From NCBI GenBank assembly GCA_965279375.1, contig OZ257156.1:1440001-1504000 (forward strand): a stretch of DNA of 64,000 bases, in the 5' to 3' direction. Each line of letters begins with the position of its first letter. Position 1 is the first letter of the stretch. Position numbers and translations under genes: made by a program. The notes beneath the pieces are model-generated. The model saw only the letters and a list, made by a program, of their open reading frames with translations. It did no database searches and was not told the DNA's origin. The stretch is from Gemmatimonas sp. (GTDB lineage Bacteria; Gemmatimonadota; Gemmatimonadetes; Gemmatimonadales; Gemmatimonadaceae). Shown here piece by piece: positions 1 to 8,631 of the stretch.

Positions 1-683
1 GCAATTCGCAGGCGCTCTTTGACGTGAACGACGAGGGCTGGGTGGTGCCGGTGGGTGCGGGCAACACGTGGCGCGATGGTGTTGCCAAGGGCCTGTGGGG
101 CAGCACGGTCACCATCGACGGCACCGCCTACGGCTGGGGGCTGCCGATTCAGCGCCGTGATTCCACGGGGCAGCTCTGGTACGACCGCATCGGCGACAGT
201 CAGCCGCTGTTCCGCTTCGGTTTCCAGAACAATTTCCGCTACAACAACTTCCGCCTATTCGTGCAGACCACTGGGCAACTGGGCGGCGATGTGTACGCCA
301 ACAGCAACCAGACCTACTACGCCTCGGGTGACCATCCCGATGTCGACCAGTTCGGTAAGCCTGACGAGCTCAAGAAGCCGGTGGCGTACTACAACGCCGT
401 GTCGAACAACAACAACCTGTACCTCGCGCAGTTCGTGGAAAGCGGCACGCACCTGACCATTGCCGAAGTCATGTTCGGCTACAGGGCCGAAGCCAAGCAG
501 TGGAAGTTCCTGAATAAGCTGGGCGTGTCGGCCGCGCAGATCGATCTGATCGGGCGCAACATGCGCACGTTCACGAACTACACGGGCCTGAATGTCATGG
601 CCGGTTCGCCTACCGTGCGCTTCGACGATGCCACCTACCCGATGACTCGTACGCTTACGGGCGTCGTCACGCTCACCTTCTGA
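1..683 (+). CDS. susC: SusC/RagA-family TonB-dependent outer-membrane receptor, C-terminal part (5' truncated)
   Basis: Frame is open from position 3. C-terminal barrel motifs IGDSQP.F.FGFQNNF.Y, FVESGTHL, RNMRTFTNYTG, YPMTRT...VTLTF ending in Phe; lies directly upstream of a SusD-like lipoprotein. Confidence 0.85.
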   Translation, partial: NSQALFDVNDEGWVVPVGAGNTWRDGVAKGLWGSTVTIDGTAYGWGLPIQRRDSTGQLWYDRIGDSQPLFRFGFQNNFRYNNFRLFVQTTGQLGGDVYANSNQTYYASGDHPDVDQFGKPDELKKPVAYYNAVSNNNNLYLAQFVESGTHLTIAEVMFGYRAEAKQWKFLNKLGVSAAQIDLIGRNMRTFTNYTGLNVMAGSPTVRFDDATYPMTRTLTGVVTLTF

Positions 684-697
684 CCGAGGCCGCAATC

Positions 698-2281
698 ATG
701 CATACCCCTGTGGCCCGCCCGTTCGCCTCCCGCCGCCGCGCCGCTGTCCTCATTGGTGCCGTTGCTGCTGCCACATCGTTGGCGGCCTGCGTCGATCTGA
801 AAGTCACCGATCCAAACAACCTGAGTATTGCCACCGTGTTCAATAACGCGGCCAATACCGAAGCGGCGCTGATCGGCTCCTTCAAGGCCTACACGGCCGT
901 GAATCGCGGCAGCTGCCCCACGCTGATTTACAGCTTGTGGGGGCATGACATCACCACCACCAGCGTCACGTATCTCGAGTTCGCTGTTGAGCCGCGGTTG
1001 CCCATCAACAACCGCGACAACGTGAACTGCGCCACCCGCGTGCCCTTCTGGACCCCGTACGAGGCGTCAGCTGGTGCTCGCGAAGCCTTTATCGGCATTC
1101 GTGACAACCAACTCAAGTTCGGCACCATCAATGCCGCCACCCCGGACGGGGCGGACACTCCGAACCGTAAGCTCTTTGCGAAGTTCCTCATTGCCATTTC
1201 GCAGCTCAAGCTGGCCCTCGCCACCGACCAAGCCTACATCACGGACACCATTACACCCGGCTTGAACGAGACCAACGTGACGCTGGTACCGTGGCAACAG
1301 GTGCTGGACAACGCGAAGGCGCAGATGCGCGTGGTCATCCGGGAAGCGCAGGCCGGACCGAACTTCACGTGGCCGGCGCTGTTCATCAACGGGCGGACGA
1401 TAACGCGCGACGAGCTGGTGCGGGTGATGTACTCGTTCCTGGTGCGAGCTGATGTCTACTCACCGCGTACCCCGGCGCAGCGGAACGCAGTGAACTGGGC
1501 GGCGGTGTTGGCGCGCCTCGACTCGGGTATCGTACGCGACTTCGGATGGCAGGCCGATCCGGCGGTGGCCAACACGGCGTCGACGTACATCAACAACTCG
1601 TTTGCACAGAACACAGTCCGTATCCACAATCGCCTGCTGGGTCCGGCCGACACGTCGGGCAACTATCAGGCGTGGGTCGCGGCGCCGGTTGCCAACCGCA
1701 CGGCGTTCATCATCACCACGCCCGACCGGCGCATTCATGGAGCGGCCAGCAACGCGGCCGCCGGCACGCGCTTCACGCGTGTCACGGCCACCATGGGCAG
1801 CGCCTCCAACGGCGCCTACCTCACCTCGTGGTATCGCTCCACACGCTACTTGAACACGGCGGCAGATTCCGGCAATCGCGCCTTCATTCAGATCATCTCT
1901 ATGGACGAGATGAAGTTCGTCCGCGCCGAGGCACTGTTCCGACTCGGTCGCCTCACGGAAGCGGCGGCGCTCATCAACCCGACGCGTGTTGCGGCAGGAT
2001 TGCGCCCGGTCGATGCGAATGGCCCGCCCGCCGGACGTGATTGCGTGCCGCGCAAGGACAACGGCGCCTGCGGAGACTTGTTCGACGCCATCCAGTATGA
2101 GAAGCGCATCGAACTCTACCCCACCGAGGGCGGTGACATCACGTGGTGGGATGCGCGCGGCTGGGGCAAGCTGCAGCCTGGCACTCCATTCCACGTCCCA
2201 GTGTCGGGACGCGAACTGATCTCCCTTGGCCTGCCGTACTACACCTTCGGCGGCGTGGGCTCACCGGGCACCGCTCCGTAA
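698..2281 (+). CDS. susD: SusD/RagB-family outer-membrane lipoprotein
   Basis: Lipobox LAAC; EMKFVRAEALFRLG...A..LIN.TR and AIQYEKRIEL..E...WWDARGWG SusD C-terminal motifs; follows susC. Confidence 0.85.
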   Translation: MHTPVARPFASRRRAAVLIGAVAAATSLAACVDLKVTDPNNLSIATVFNNAANTEAALIGSFKAYTAVNRGSCPTLIYSLWGHDITTTSVTYLEFAVEPRLPINNRDNVNCATRVPFWTPYEASAGAREAFIGIRDNQLKFGTINAATPDGADTPNRKLFAKFLIAISQLKLALATDQAYITDTITPGLNETNVTLVPWQQVLDNAKAQMRVVIREAQAGPNFTWPALFINGRTITRDELVRVMYSFLVRADVYSPRTPAQRNAVNWAAVLARLDSGIVRDFGWQADPAVANTASTYINNSFAQNTVRIHNRLLGPADTSGNYQAWVAAPVANRTAFIITTPDRRIHGAASNAAAGTRFTRVTATMGSASNGAYLTSWYRSTRYLNTAADSGNRAFIQIISMDEMKFVRAEALFRLGRLTEAAALINPTRVAAGLRPVDANGPPAGRDCVPRKDNGACGDLFDAIQYEKRIELYPTEGGDITWWDARGWGKLQPGTPFHVPVSGRELISLGLPYYTFGGVGSPGTAP

Positions 2282-2301
2282 GGGGGTTCGGCGTAACAAG
2301 C

Positions 2302-2338
2302 AAACGGGGGCCGTGCGATCGTCGCACGGCCCCCGTTT
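2302..2338. terminator. Likely bidirectional intrinsic terminator
   Basis: Perfect 17-bp stem AAACGGGGGCCGTGCGA / TCGCACGGCCCCCGTTT with a 3-nt loop, between convergent genes. Confidence 0.85.
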
Positions 2339-2367
2339 CGTATGGTCATAGCGCGCAGCCGAGCGAA

Positions 2368-2817
2368 CTATGGCTTCTCGCTGATGTTGGCGCAGCCCCA
2401 CACGTTCTGGTCGTTCGGCGCGACCTGCGGGTCGAACACGCGAACATAGTAGCGCTTGCCGGATTCGAGCTTTGGAATCGTCGCCGTGACCGAACCTCCG
2501 CCGTCCATCTGCGTCTGCGCCTGCGTGAACGCGGCCTGCGCGGCGATGGGTGTGCCCTGATCGTTGCAGCTGCCAGCGACGATGTCCCAAGCGATCCGCA
2601 TGTCGCGCTTGGTGTTGCGGAAGGAGACGCGCGCCCGCGATTGCTTGTCGTTGCGCGACTCGACGGTGAGGTCGGCCGATCCACCGTTGCTCAACTGGTT
2701 GATGGTGGCGTACCACTTCCCGGACTGCGCGGCAGGGGAGGATGCGGCGACGCCGAGCATGAGCGCGGCCACTACGGGTGGGAATGAGATCCACATGCGG
2801 GAGCGGTCTCCAGTCAT
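2368..2817 (-). CDS. Secreted hypothetical protein, Cu/Zn-SOD/CHRD-like beta-sandwich lacking His ligands
   Basis: Signal-peptide-like N-terminus; IAWDIVAGSC, YYVRVF and WGCANI segments; start codon uncertain. Confidence 0.55.
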   Translation of the reverse strand: MTGDRSRMWISFPPVVAALMLGVAASSPAAQSGKWYATINQLSNGGSADLTVESRNDKQSRARVSFRNTKRDMRIAWDIVAGSCNDQGTPIAAQAAFTQAQTQMDGGGSVTATIPKLESGKRYYVRVFDPQVAPNDQNVWGCANISEKP

Positions 2818-2955
2818 TCGGTGGGAATGGCAGTGCCAGCGACTTGGTAGAAAGTATATTCACCCAAGGCGGATCATGCTCGTGGGACCGCAACTTCCCC
2901 CGATATCCATCGCTCGTTGAGTTTCACTCGCACAAGCACAGGGAGCACTGCTCAC

Positions 2956-3369
2956 ATGGCGAAAAGCGAGCCGCAACCCGATGCGGCCGACAGTGGCGCG
3001 ACTGCCTCGCAGAATATCGACGCGCGCATCGCGGAACTCGGCGACTGGCGCGGCAAGACATTGGCGACTGTCCGCTCGATCATCACTCGCGCCGACCCGG
3101 GTGTGATCGAAGAGTGGAAATGGCGTGGCGTCCCGGTGTGGTCGCACAATGGCCAGCTGTGCACCGGTGAGACGTACAAGGAGGTGGTGAAGCTGACGTT
3201 CATCAAGGGCGCGTCGCTTCCCGATCCTGCGGGGCTGTTCAACGCGAGCCTCGAGGGGAATGCACGTCGGGCCATCGATATCCGCGAAGGCGAAGCGATC
3301 GATGCATCGGCGCTCACCGCCCTGATACGGGCGGCGATCGCGCTCAATGGCAGCAAGAAGAAGCGCTGA
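2956..3369 (+). CDS. DUF1801 (YdhG-like) protein
   Basis: DWRG.TL..VR..I..ADP.V.EEWKW.GVPVWSH.G..CTGETYK..VKLTF.KGASL.DP. Confidence 0.85.
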   Translation: MAKSEPQPDAADSGATASQNIDARIAELGDWRGKTLATVRSIITRADPGVIEEWKWRGVPVWSHNGQLCTGETYKEVVKLTFIKGASLPDPAGLFNASLEGNARRAIDIREGEAIDASALTALIRAAIALNGSKKKR

Positions 3370-3370
3370 C

Positions 3371-4156
3371 GTGCGAGCGCTCTGGTTGTGCATGCTGGCT
3401 CTGCAGGCGGCGGTGGCGACGGCGGCGGACGGTCAGGCAGCACCAGCATCCACGCTGCCGCCCTACCGACAGCGACTGCTCGGTGTGTACGCCGCCGAGT
3501 CAGGCGCGCCGATCGTTGGTGCGCAAGTGATCGATGTGTTGAGTGGTACCACCGCGGTCACGAGCACGACAGGTACAATCATCCTGTCGTTCCTTCCGGA
3601 CGGCGCGCGCATTCTCAAGATCCAGAAGCTGGGCTTCTCGCCGACCACGCTCGCCGTTGAGATCTCGCCGCGTGATACGGTCTCGATGACCGTCGTGCTG
3701 ACGTCGGCGTCGCAGACGCTCACAACGGTCACCACGATCGATAGCGGGCCGCGGCGGATTTCGCCGGGATTGCGTGACTTCAACGAGCGTCGGAGATCGG
3801 GTTTCGGCTCGTTCATCGCAGATGCCGAGCTGCGCAAGAGCGAGCACCGAACGATTGCCTCGATGGTGCGACGCTTCCCTGGGCTGCGCGTCTCATGTCC
3901 GCGCGCTGGTCCGCGCCTTGGCGAATGCTTCGGCACTACCACGCGTCGTCTCTCGCGCTACGCGGTGTTGGGTGGCTCCTGCGAAGTGGAGGTCCGCGTT
4001 GATGGCATCGTCTCCGCCGACAATGACATCGAGCGCCTCAAGTCGGCCGACTACGCCGGCATCGAGTACTACGCAGGCGAGGCGACCATTCCGGCGCAGT
4101 ACAACCGCACTGGCTCTGCGTGCGGAGTGTTGCTGTTGTGGAGTCGAGAGCGTTGA
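3371..4156 (+). CDS. Secreted protein with carboxypeptidase-regulatory-like domain plus TonB plug-like domain, no beta-barrel
   Basis: G.PI.GA.V...KLGF N-terminal domain; GSFI...EL, CEVEVRVDG, IEYY.G..TIP.QY...CGVLLLWSR; GTG start inferred. Confidence 0.7.
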   Translation: MRALWLCMLALQAAVATAADGQAAPASTLPPYRQRLLGVYAAESGAPIVGAQVIDVLSGTTAVTSTTGTIILSFLPDGARILKIQKLGFSPTTLAVEISPRDTVSMTVVLTSASQTLTTVTTIDSGPRRISPGLRDFNERRRSGFGSFIADAELRKSEHRTIASMVRRFPGLRVSCPRAGPRLGECFGTTTRRLSRYAVLGGSCEVEVRVDGIVSADNDIERLKSADYAGIEYYAGEATIPAQYNRTGSACGVLLLWSRER

Positions 4157-4321
4157 AGGTCGCCAGCGATCGGCCGCGCTGACGTACGCCGCGTCGCCGC
4201 ACCTGTGCATCCAATCAGGCGTGCTCGGCGAATACATTGAGACACTGCGCTCCCGATCGAGATCGGTCGTTGCTTGAAGGCGCCGAGTAACGTATGAACG
4301 CATCAACATCTGCCGCGCCCC

Positions 4322-4816
4322 ATGTCCCGTTGGGTCCATCGTTTGTTCGCTCCGGTCGCGCTACCGCACTGGTCAGGCGATCTATTGCTTCTGCTTCCTC
4401 GTGTGGTGTGTGGCTACCTGCTGACCACACAGTTCGGTGCACCAAAGTTCGGGCTGCCGTGGTCACCACCGGACAACAATCTCCGCTTGTTCGAGGTCGC
4501 GTACTGGTTCCCCAATGACGTCGCGGCGTTTGGCGGAGTCTTTGCGATGTTCCCCGCGCTGCTCGCATGGAGCGCGGCCTTCGCCGAAGGTTTCGGTGGC
4601 GTGATGCTCATCCTCGGACTACTCACGCGGCCCTTTGCGTTCCTGACGATCTGCACGATGCTGGTGGCGATGTTCATGCAGCAGTATCAGGCCGGGTTGT
4701 GGAACATGCTCCCGTCGATGGGCTTTGCGTGGGTTGGGCTCTACCTGACAGTGCTGGGATCGGGGCGCTTTGGTGTGGATCAGTGGATCAGCACTCGATG
4801 GGGGACGCGTCAATGA
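4322..4816 (+). CDS. DoxX-family membrane protein
   Basis: AE.FGG..LILGLLTR.FA and GSGRFGVD motifs; hydrophobic helices. Confidence 0.85.
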   Translation: MSRWVHRLFAPVALPHWSGDLLLLLPRVVCGYLLTTQFGAPKFGLPWSPPDNNLRLFEVAYWFPNDVAAFGGVFAMFPALLAWSAAFAEGFGGVMLILGLLTRPFAFLTICTMLVAMFMQQYQAGLWNMLPSMGFAWVGLYLTVLGSGRFGVDQWISTRWGTRQ

Positions 4817-5199
4817 ACGCATCGCGCAAGGTGGCTCTGATGCGGTGCGCCGCTGTGTCGGCCGCAGTGATGCTGACGGGATGCGTGCAGCCCGCCTACG
4901 ATCGCACGATCGTGTACGAACTCGATGTGTCGAACGTGCCGAACGTGAAGACCGTGGGGGTGCGCGGGCGCGACAAGCCGCTCTCGTGGCAAAGCGATGT
5001 TGTGCTCACGCAGCCAGTCGCAGGCGGCCCGTATGTCGCTGCGGTCACGTACCACACAGGCTATCTCGTGACCGAAGTGAAATTCACCGTCAACGGTGAG
5101 TTCGAGCTGGCCGAGCAGGACAACCGAACGGTGCGCGTGCCGCCCACGAGGACCGGCGGCGACACGACGGTCTATCGCGCAAAGTTCAACGTACCTTGA
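4813..5199 (+). CDS. Lipoprotein with CBM20/CBM48-like Ig domain
   Basis: Lipobox LTGC; VGVRG..PLSW...L, EVKFTVNG.FE...NR; overlaps the DoxX stop codon (ATGA). Confidence 0.6.
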   Translation: MNASRKVALMRCAAVSAAVMLTGCVQPAYDRTIVYELDVSNVPNVKTVGVRGRDKPLSWQSDVVLTQPVAGGPYVAAVTYHTGYLVTEVKFTVNGEFELAEQDNRTVRVPPTRTGGDTTVYRAKFNVP

Positions 5200-5220
5200 C
5201 GGACTTCTCGCTCATTCGCA

Positions 5221-6114
5221 CTAGCTCGCGAAGCCATCGGGCATGCGAACATTTCCGCCGGAGATCGCCAGCCGCTCGATCTGCTCCCGGTAGTTGGGAT
5301 ACTGTGCGAGCAACTCCTGCGCAGATCCCGCCTCGAAGCAACCGCCGGTAAAGCCGGGCGCCATCGTGCAGCCGAAGAGTGCGTATCGTCCGCCCGGCAC
5401 GATGCTCCCCGCTTGCCACACGCCCGCCGGCACCAGCGTCTGCACCCGCTGGCCGGCTGTGACATCGGTTCCCATCAGCACCGTCTCCGTGTGTCCATCG
5501 GGATGCAGCAGGAACAGCGTGAACGGATCGCCAGCGTACGCATGCCACACTTCGTCATGCCTCAGCCGATGAAAGCATGACACGCTCTCCGGTGATTCGG
5601 CATACATGCCGATCATCGCGGTGCCGACCGGCGCGCCACGTTCATCTTCCGCTGCCGATCGCCACGTGCTCTGGTAGAGCGTGCCTTCCACCGGCAATCG
5701 CTCGAAGCGGAAATGCCGCAACATCGCCACGGTGTCTGCATGCACCGGCGCTCCACGAAAGCGCGCCAGATCGATGACATCGATGATCGCCGCCAGCTCG
5801 ATCGGACCGTAGCAGTGCGGGAACAACTCAGCGGCGCGCGATGCCAACGTCTCCGCGCTGAGTGTCGTCAGCGGCGCCGGCGCTTCGTACACCAGCGGTG
5901 ATTGCAGCAACGTGGGATCGATCTCCAGCAGTACGAGATCCGGCACGCCGACGAAGTACGTCCCAGCCGTCGGCAGCACCTGATGGGCACGCGAGAGATG
6001 CACGAACCCCTCGCTCTCAAGGCTGTCCGCGCGATAGACGCCCGCAGTGCGCGCCGTGTCGATCGCCTGTCGGCTGCAGATGTGGAAGACGGCGGTGTCT
6101 GGGGCGGCGTTCAT
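5221..6114 (-). CDS. DUF952 - cupin (DUF985/Cupin_5) fusion protein
   Basis: N-half: SLESEGFVHLS...QV, LVLLEID, FPHCYGPI (DUF952). C-half: P.EG..Y, S.FHRL..DEVWH.Y.G.P, VPAGVWQA, LFGCTMAPGF...FE (DUF985). Confidence 0.8.
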   Translation of the reverse strand: MNAAPDTAVFHICSRQAIDTARTAGVYRADSLESEGFVHLSRAHQVLPTAGTYFVGVPDLVLLEIDPTLLQSPLVYEAPAPLTTLSAETLASRAAELFPHCYGPIELAAIIDVIDLARFRGAPVHADTVAMLRHFRFERLPVEGTLYQSTWRSAAEDERGAPVGTAMIGMYAESPESVSCFHRLRHDEVWHAYAGDPFTLFLLHPDGHTETVLMGTDVTAGQRVQTLVPAGVWQAGSIVPGGRYALFGCTMAPGFTGGCFEAGSAQELLAQYPNYREQIERLAISGGNVRMPDGFAS

Positions 6115-6208
6115 GTGCACTGGAGTGGGAGAAGTCGCGACACGGATGCTGACGACGCTCAATGTACGGCGGTAGCGCATTGCGGACGAAGCCGTACATT
6201 CGCGACCC

Positions 6209-7894
6209 ATGACCTCATTCTCCCTCTCAGCGTCTGTCGTCCGTCGTGGGATGCGCCCAGTCGCCTGCGCGCTGCTTCTCATCGGGATGGCGGGACAGAC
6301 GGTGTCCGCACAGCAGACGGGCACATCGCCCGGAAGTCTGATCGCTGCAGCCGATCGCGTCTTCGAGACGTGGAACAACACGCACGGTCCTGGATGCGCC
6401 GTGGGAATTGCTCGAGGCGCGACGACGCTGCTCGAGCGCGGCTACGGCATGGCTGACCTCGCCGGCGAGCGGCCGATCACGCCGCAGACGATTCTCGAGT
6501 CGGGGTCGGTGGCCAAGCAGTTCACGGCGACCGCGGTGATGATCCTCGTTGCCGACGGCAAGCTGGCGCTCGACGACGATGCCCGAAAGTATCTGCCCGA
6601 GTTGCCCGTCTACGATCGCGTGATCACGGTGCGGAACCTGCTCACACACACGAGCGGCCTGCGCGAGTGGAGCAACCTCGTGGCGTGGCAGGGGTGGCCC
6701 CGCGGCACGCGGATGCACACCAACCCCGACGTGTTTCGGCTCATCACGTCGCAACGTCGTCTCAACTATCCCGTGGGTGATCACTACTCCTACACGAACT
6801 CAGGCTTCCTGCTGCTGCGCACGCTCGTCGAGCGCGTCAGCGGGCAGGACTTCGAGGCGTTCACGTCGGCGCGCATCTTCACACCGCTGGGGATGACGCA
6901 CACATCGTGGCGAGGCGACTTCACGCGCATCGTGCCGGGGCTGGCGCAGGCGTACTCGCGAACGACATCGGGGTGGCGCCTCGACATGCCCTTCGACAAC
7001 GTGATCGCGGCCGGCGGCCTCTGGACCACTGTCGGCGACTGGCTGCGCTGGAACCAGCATCTGACCACCAAGACACTCGGCAGCGCCGTCGTCGATTCCA
7101 TGACGCGCCAGATGCGACTCACGAGCGGTCTGCAGATCGCGTATGCGCTTGGCCTAACGGTCGGTCGCTATCGTGGTACCAAGGAGATCGGACACTCCGG
7201 CAGCACGGCTGGCTACAGCACCTATCTGGCGCGCTATCCTGAGCTGGGCGAGCTCTCGATCGCCGTGATGTGCAACGCCGCCGGCGCGAGCGCGACGAGC
7301 TACACTCATGCGCTGGTCGATGCGCTGCATCCCACGCTCCCGCGCGTCGCAGCGACGGATACGGTGGCGACGGATCAGCAATCGCTGTTGGCGTGGCGTG
7401 GCCTCTACGAGGACCAGCGCTGGCACACGATCTCGCGGCTCGACACCAGCGGCGGCGTGATGCGACTCGAGTCCGCCCCGCTGCGCGCGATCGGGAATGG
7501 CGTGTTTCAGGCCGGTGCTACCCGGTTGCGTTTGGCTGGAGGCACTGGCACGACGGCGCGCACGATCCGCACTGCGACGAGCGACGGCGATTCCGTGACC
7601 TATATGTGGCGCGCCGAGGGCGCGTGGACACCTACGTTGGCGGAGATCGCGGCGATCGCTGGCGAGTATCGCAACGAGGAGATCGGCGTGACGTTCACGG
7701 TCGTCGCTCGCGACGGCAAGCTTGTACTCAGTCCGCGCGCCGGCATGGAGTCGGTGCTGGTTCCCACGGCGCGCGACGCGTTCAACAACGACGGTGAAGC
7801 CGTGTGGTTCACGCGGGATGCGCGCGGCAAAATTCGTGACATGCACTTCGGCGCGTCGCGCGTCTGGGATTTCGTGTCCGTTCGCGTGCGATGA
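6209..7894 (+). CDS. Secreted beta-lactamase-family serine hydrolase
   Basis: SVAK (SxxK), LLTHTSG, YSYTN, HSG motifs; signal peptide. Confidence 0.85.
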   Translation: MTSFSLSASVVRRGMRPVACALLLIGMAGQTVSAQQTGTSPGSLIAAADRVFETWNNTHGPGCAVGIARGATTLLERGYGMADLAGERPITPQTILESGSVAKQFTATAVMILVADGKLALDDDARKYLPELPVYDRVITVRNLLTHTSGLREWSNLVAWQGWPRGTRMHTNPDVFRLITSQRRLNYPVGDHYSYTNSGFLLLRTLVERVSGQDFEAFTSARIFTPLGMTHTSWRGDFTRIVPGLAQAYSRTTSGWRLDMPFDNVIAAGGLWTTVGDWLRWNQHLTTKTLGSAVVDSMTRQMRLTSGLQIAYALGLTVGRYRGTKEIGHSGSTAGYSTYLARYPELGELSIAVMCNAAGASATSYTHALVDALHPTLPRVAATDTVATDQQSLLAWRGLYEDQRWHTISRLDTSGGVMRLESAPLRAIGNGVFQAGATRLRLAGGTGTTARTIRTATSDGDSVTYMWRAEGAWTPTLAEIAAIAGEYRNEEIGVTFTVVARDGKLVLSPRAGMESVLVPTARDAFNNDGEAVWFTRDARGKIRDMHFGASRVWDFVSVRVR

Positions 7895-8631
7895 AGCTGC
7901 CGCACACGGACCCGCGCGCCATTGCGCTTGGCGCGGCCATTCGTGATGGCGATGTGCACGCGCTGCAGCGGCTGCTCGATGCAGAGCCGCCGCTCGCTGC
8001 CGCGCGTATCGTCGACGGCAAAGGGGTCGCTCGCACGTTGCTGCACGTGGTGGCCGACTGGCCGGGCCACGTACCCAATGGCGCGCAGCTGGTGTCCATG
8101 CTCGTGAAGGCGGGTGCACCGGTGGACGCCGCGGTGGTGCATGCCACGTCGCACGGTTTGCCCGAAACCGCGCTGCACTGGGCGGCGAGCAGCAACGACG
8201 TAGCGGTGCTCGATGCACTGCTGGACCACGGTGCCAACATCGAGACGCCCGGCGCGGTCTTCACGGGCGGCACCGCGATGTCGGACGCGGTGGTATTCGC
8301 ACAGTGGCGCGCCGCGCAACGTCTCCACGAGCGTGGGGCGCTCACCACGCTCTGGCAGGCTGCAGCGCTCGGCTTGCTCGAACGTGTGCGAATGCTGTGC
8401 GAACAGGCGCCGGAGCCCACCCTGCGTGACCGGAGCAACGCGCTGTGGCACGCCAGTCGCGCCGGTCAGACGGAAGTGGTGCAGTGGTTGGCAACGAATG
8501 GCGCAGAACTGAACTGGATCGGGCACGACGGCAAGACCGCGCTCGACGTTGCGATGGAATCGGAGCAGGAGACGCTGACGTCCTGGCTGCGAGCTCAAGG
8601 CGGGAAGCGGGCACGTGATGTCGCGCGCTAG
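7891..8631 (+). CDS. Ankyrin-repeat protein
   Basis: TLLH.VADWPGH.PNG, TALHWAAS..D...LD.LL..GA, TALD.A repeats. Confidence 0.85.
   Translation: MKLPHTDPRAIALGAAIRDGDVHALQRLLDAEPPLAAARIVDGKGVARTLLHVVADWPGHVPNGAQLVSMLVKAGAPVDAAVVHATSHGLPETALHWAASSNDVAVLDALLDHGANIETPGAVFTGGTAMSDAVVFAQWRAAQRLHERGALTTLWQAAALGLLERVRMLCEQAPEPTLRDRSNALWHASRAGQTEVVQWLATNGAELNWIGHDGKTALDVAMESEQETLTSWLRAQGGKRARDVAR

Noticed and set aside
6209..7894. Antibiotic-resistance beta-lactamase call for the SxxK proteins
   Set aside because: Extra C-terminal domains and HxG in place of KTG indicate peptidase/esterase-type family members; resistance is unsupported
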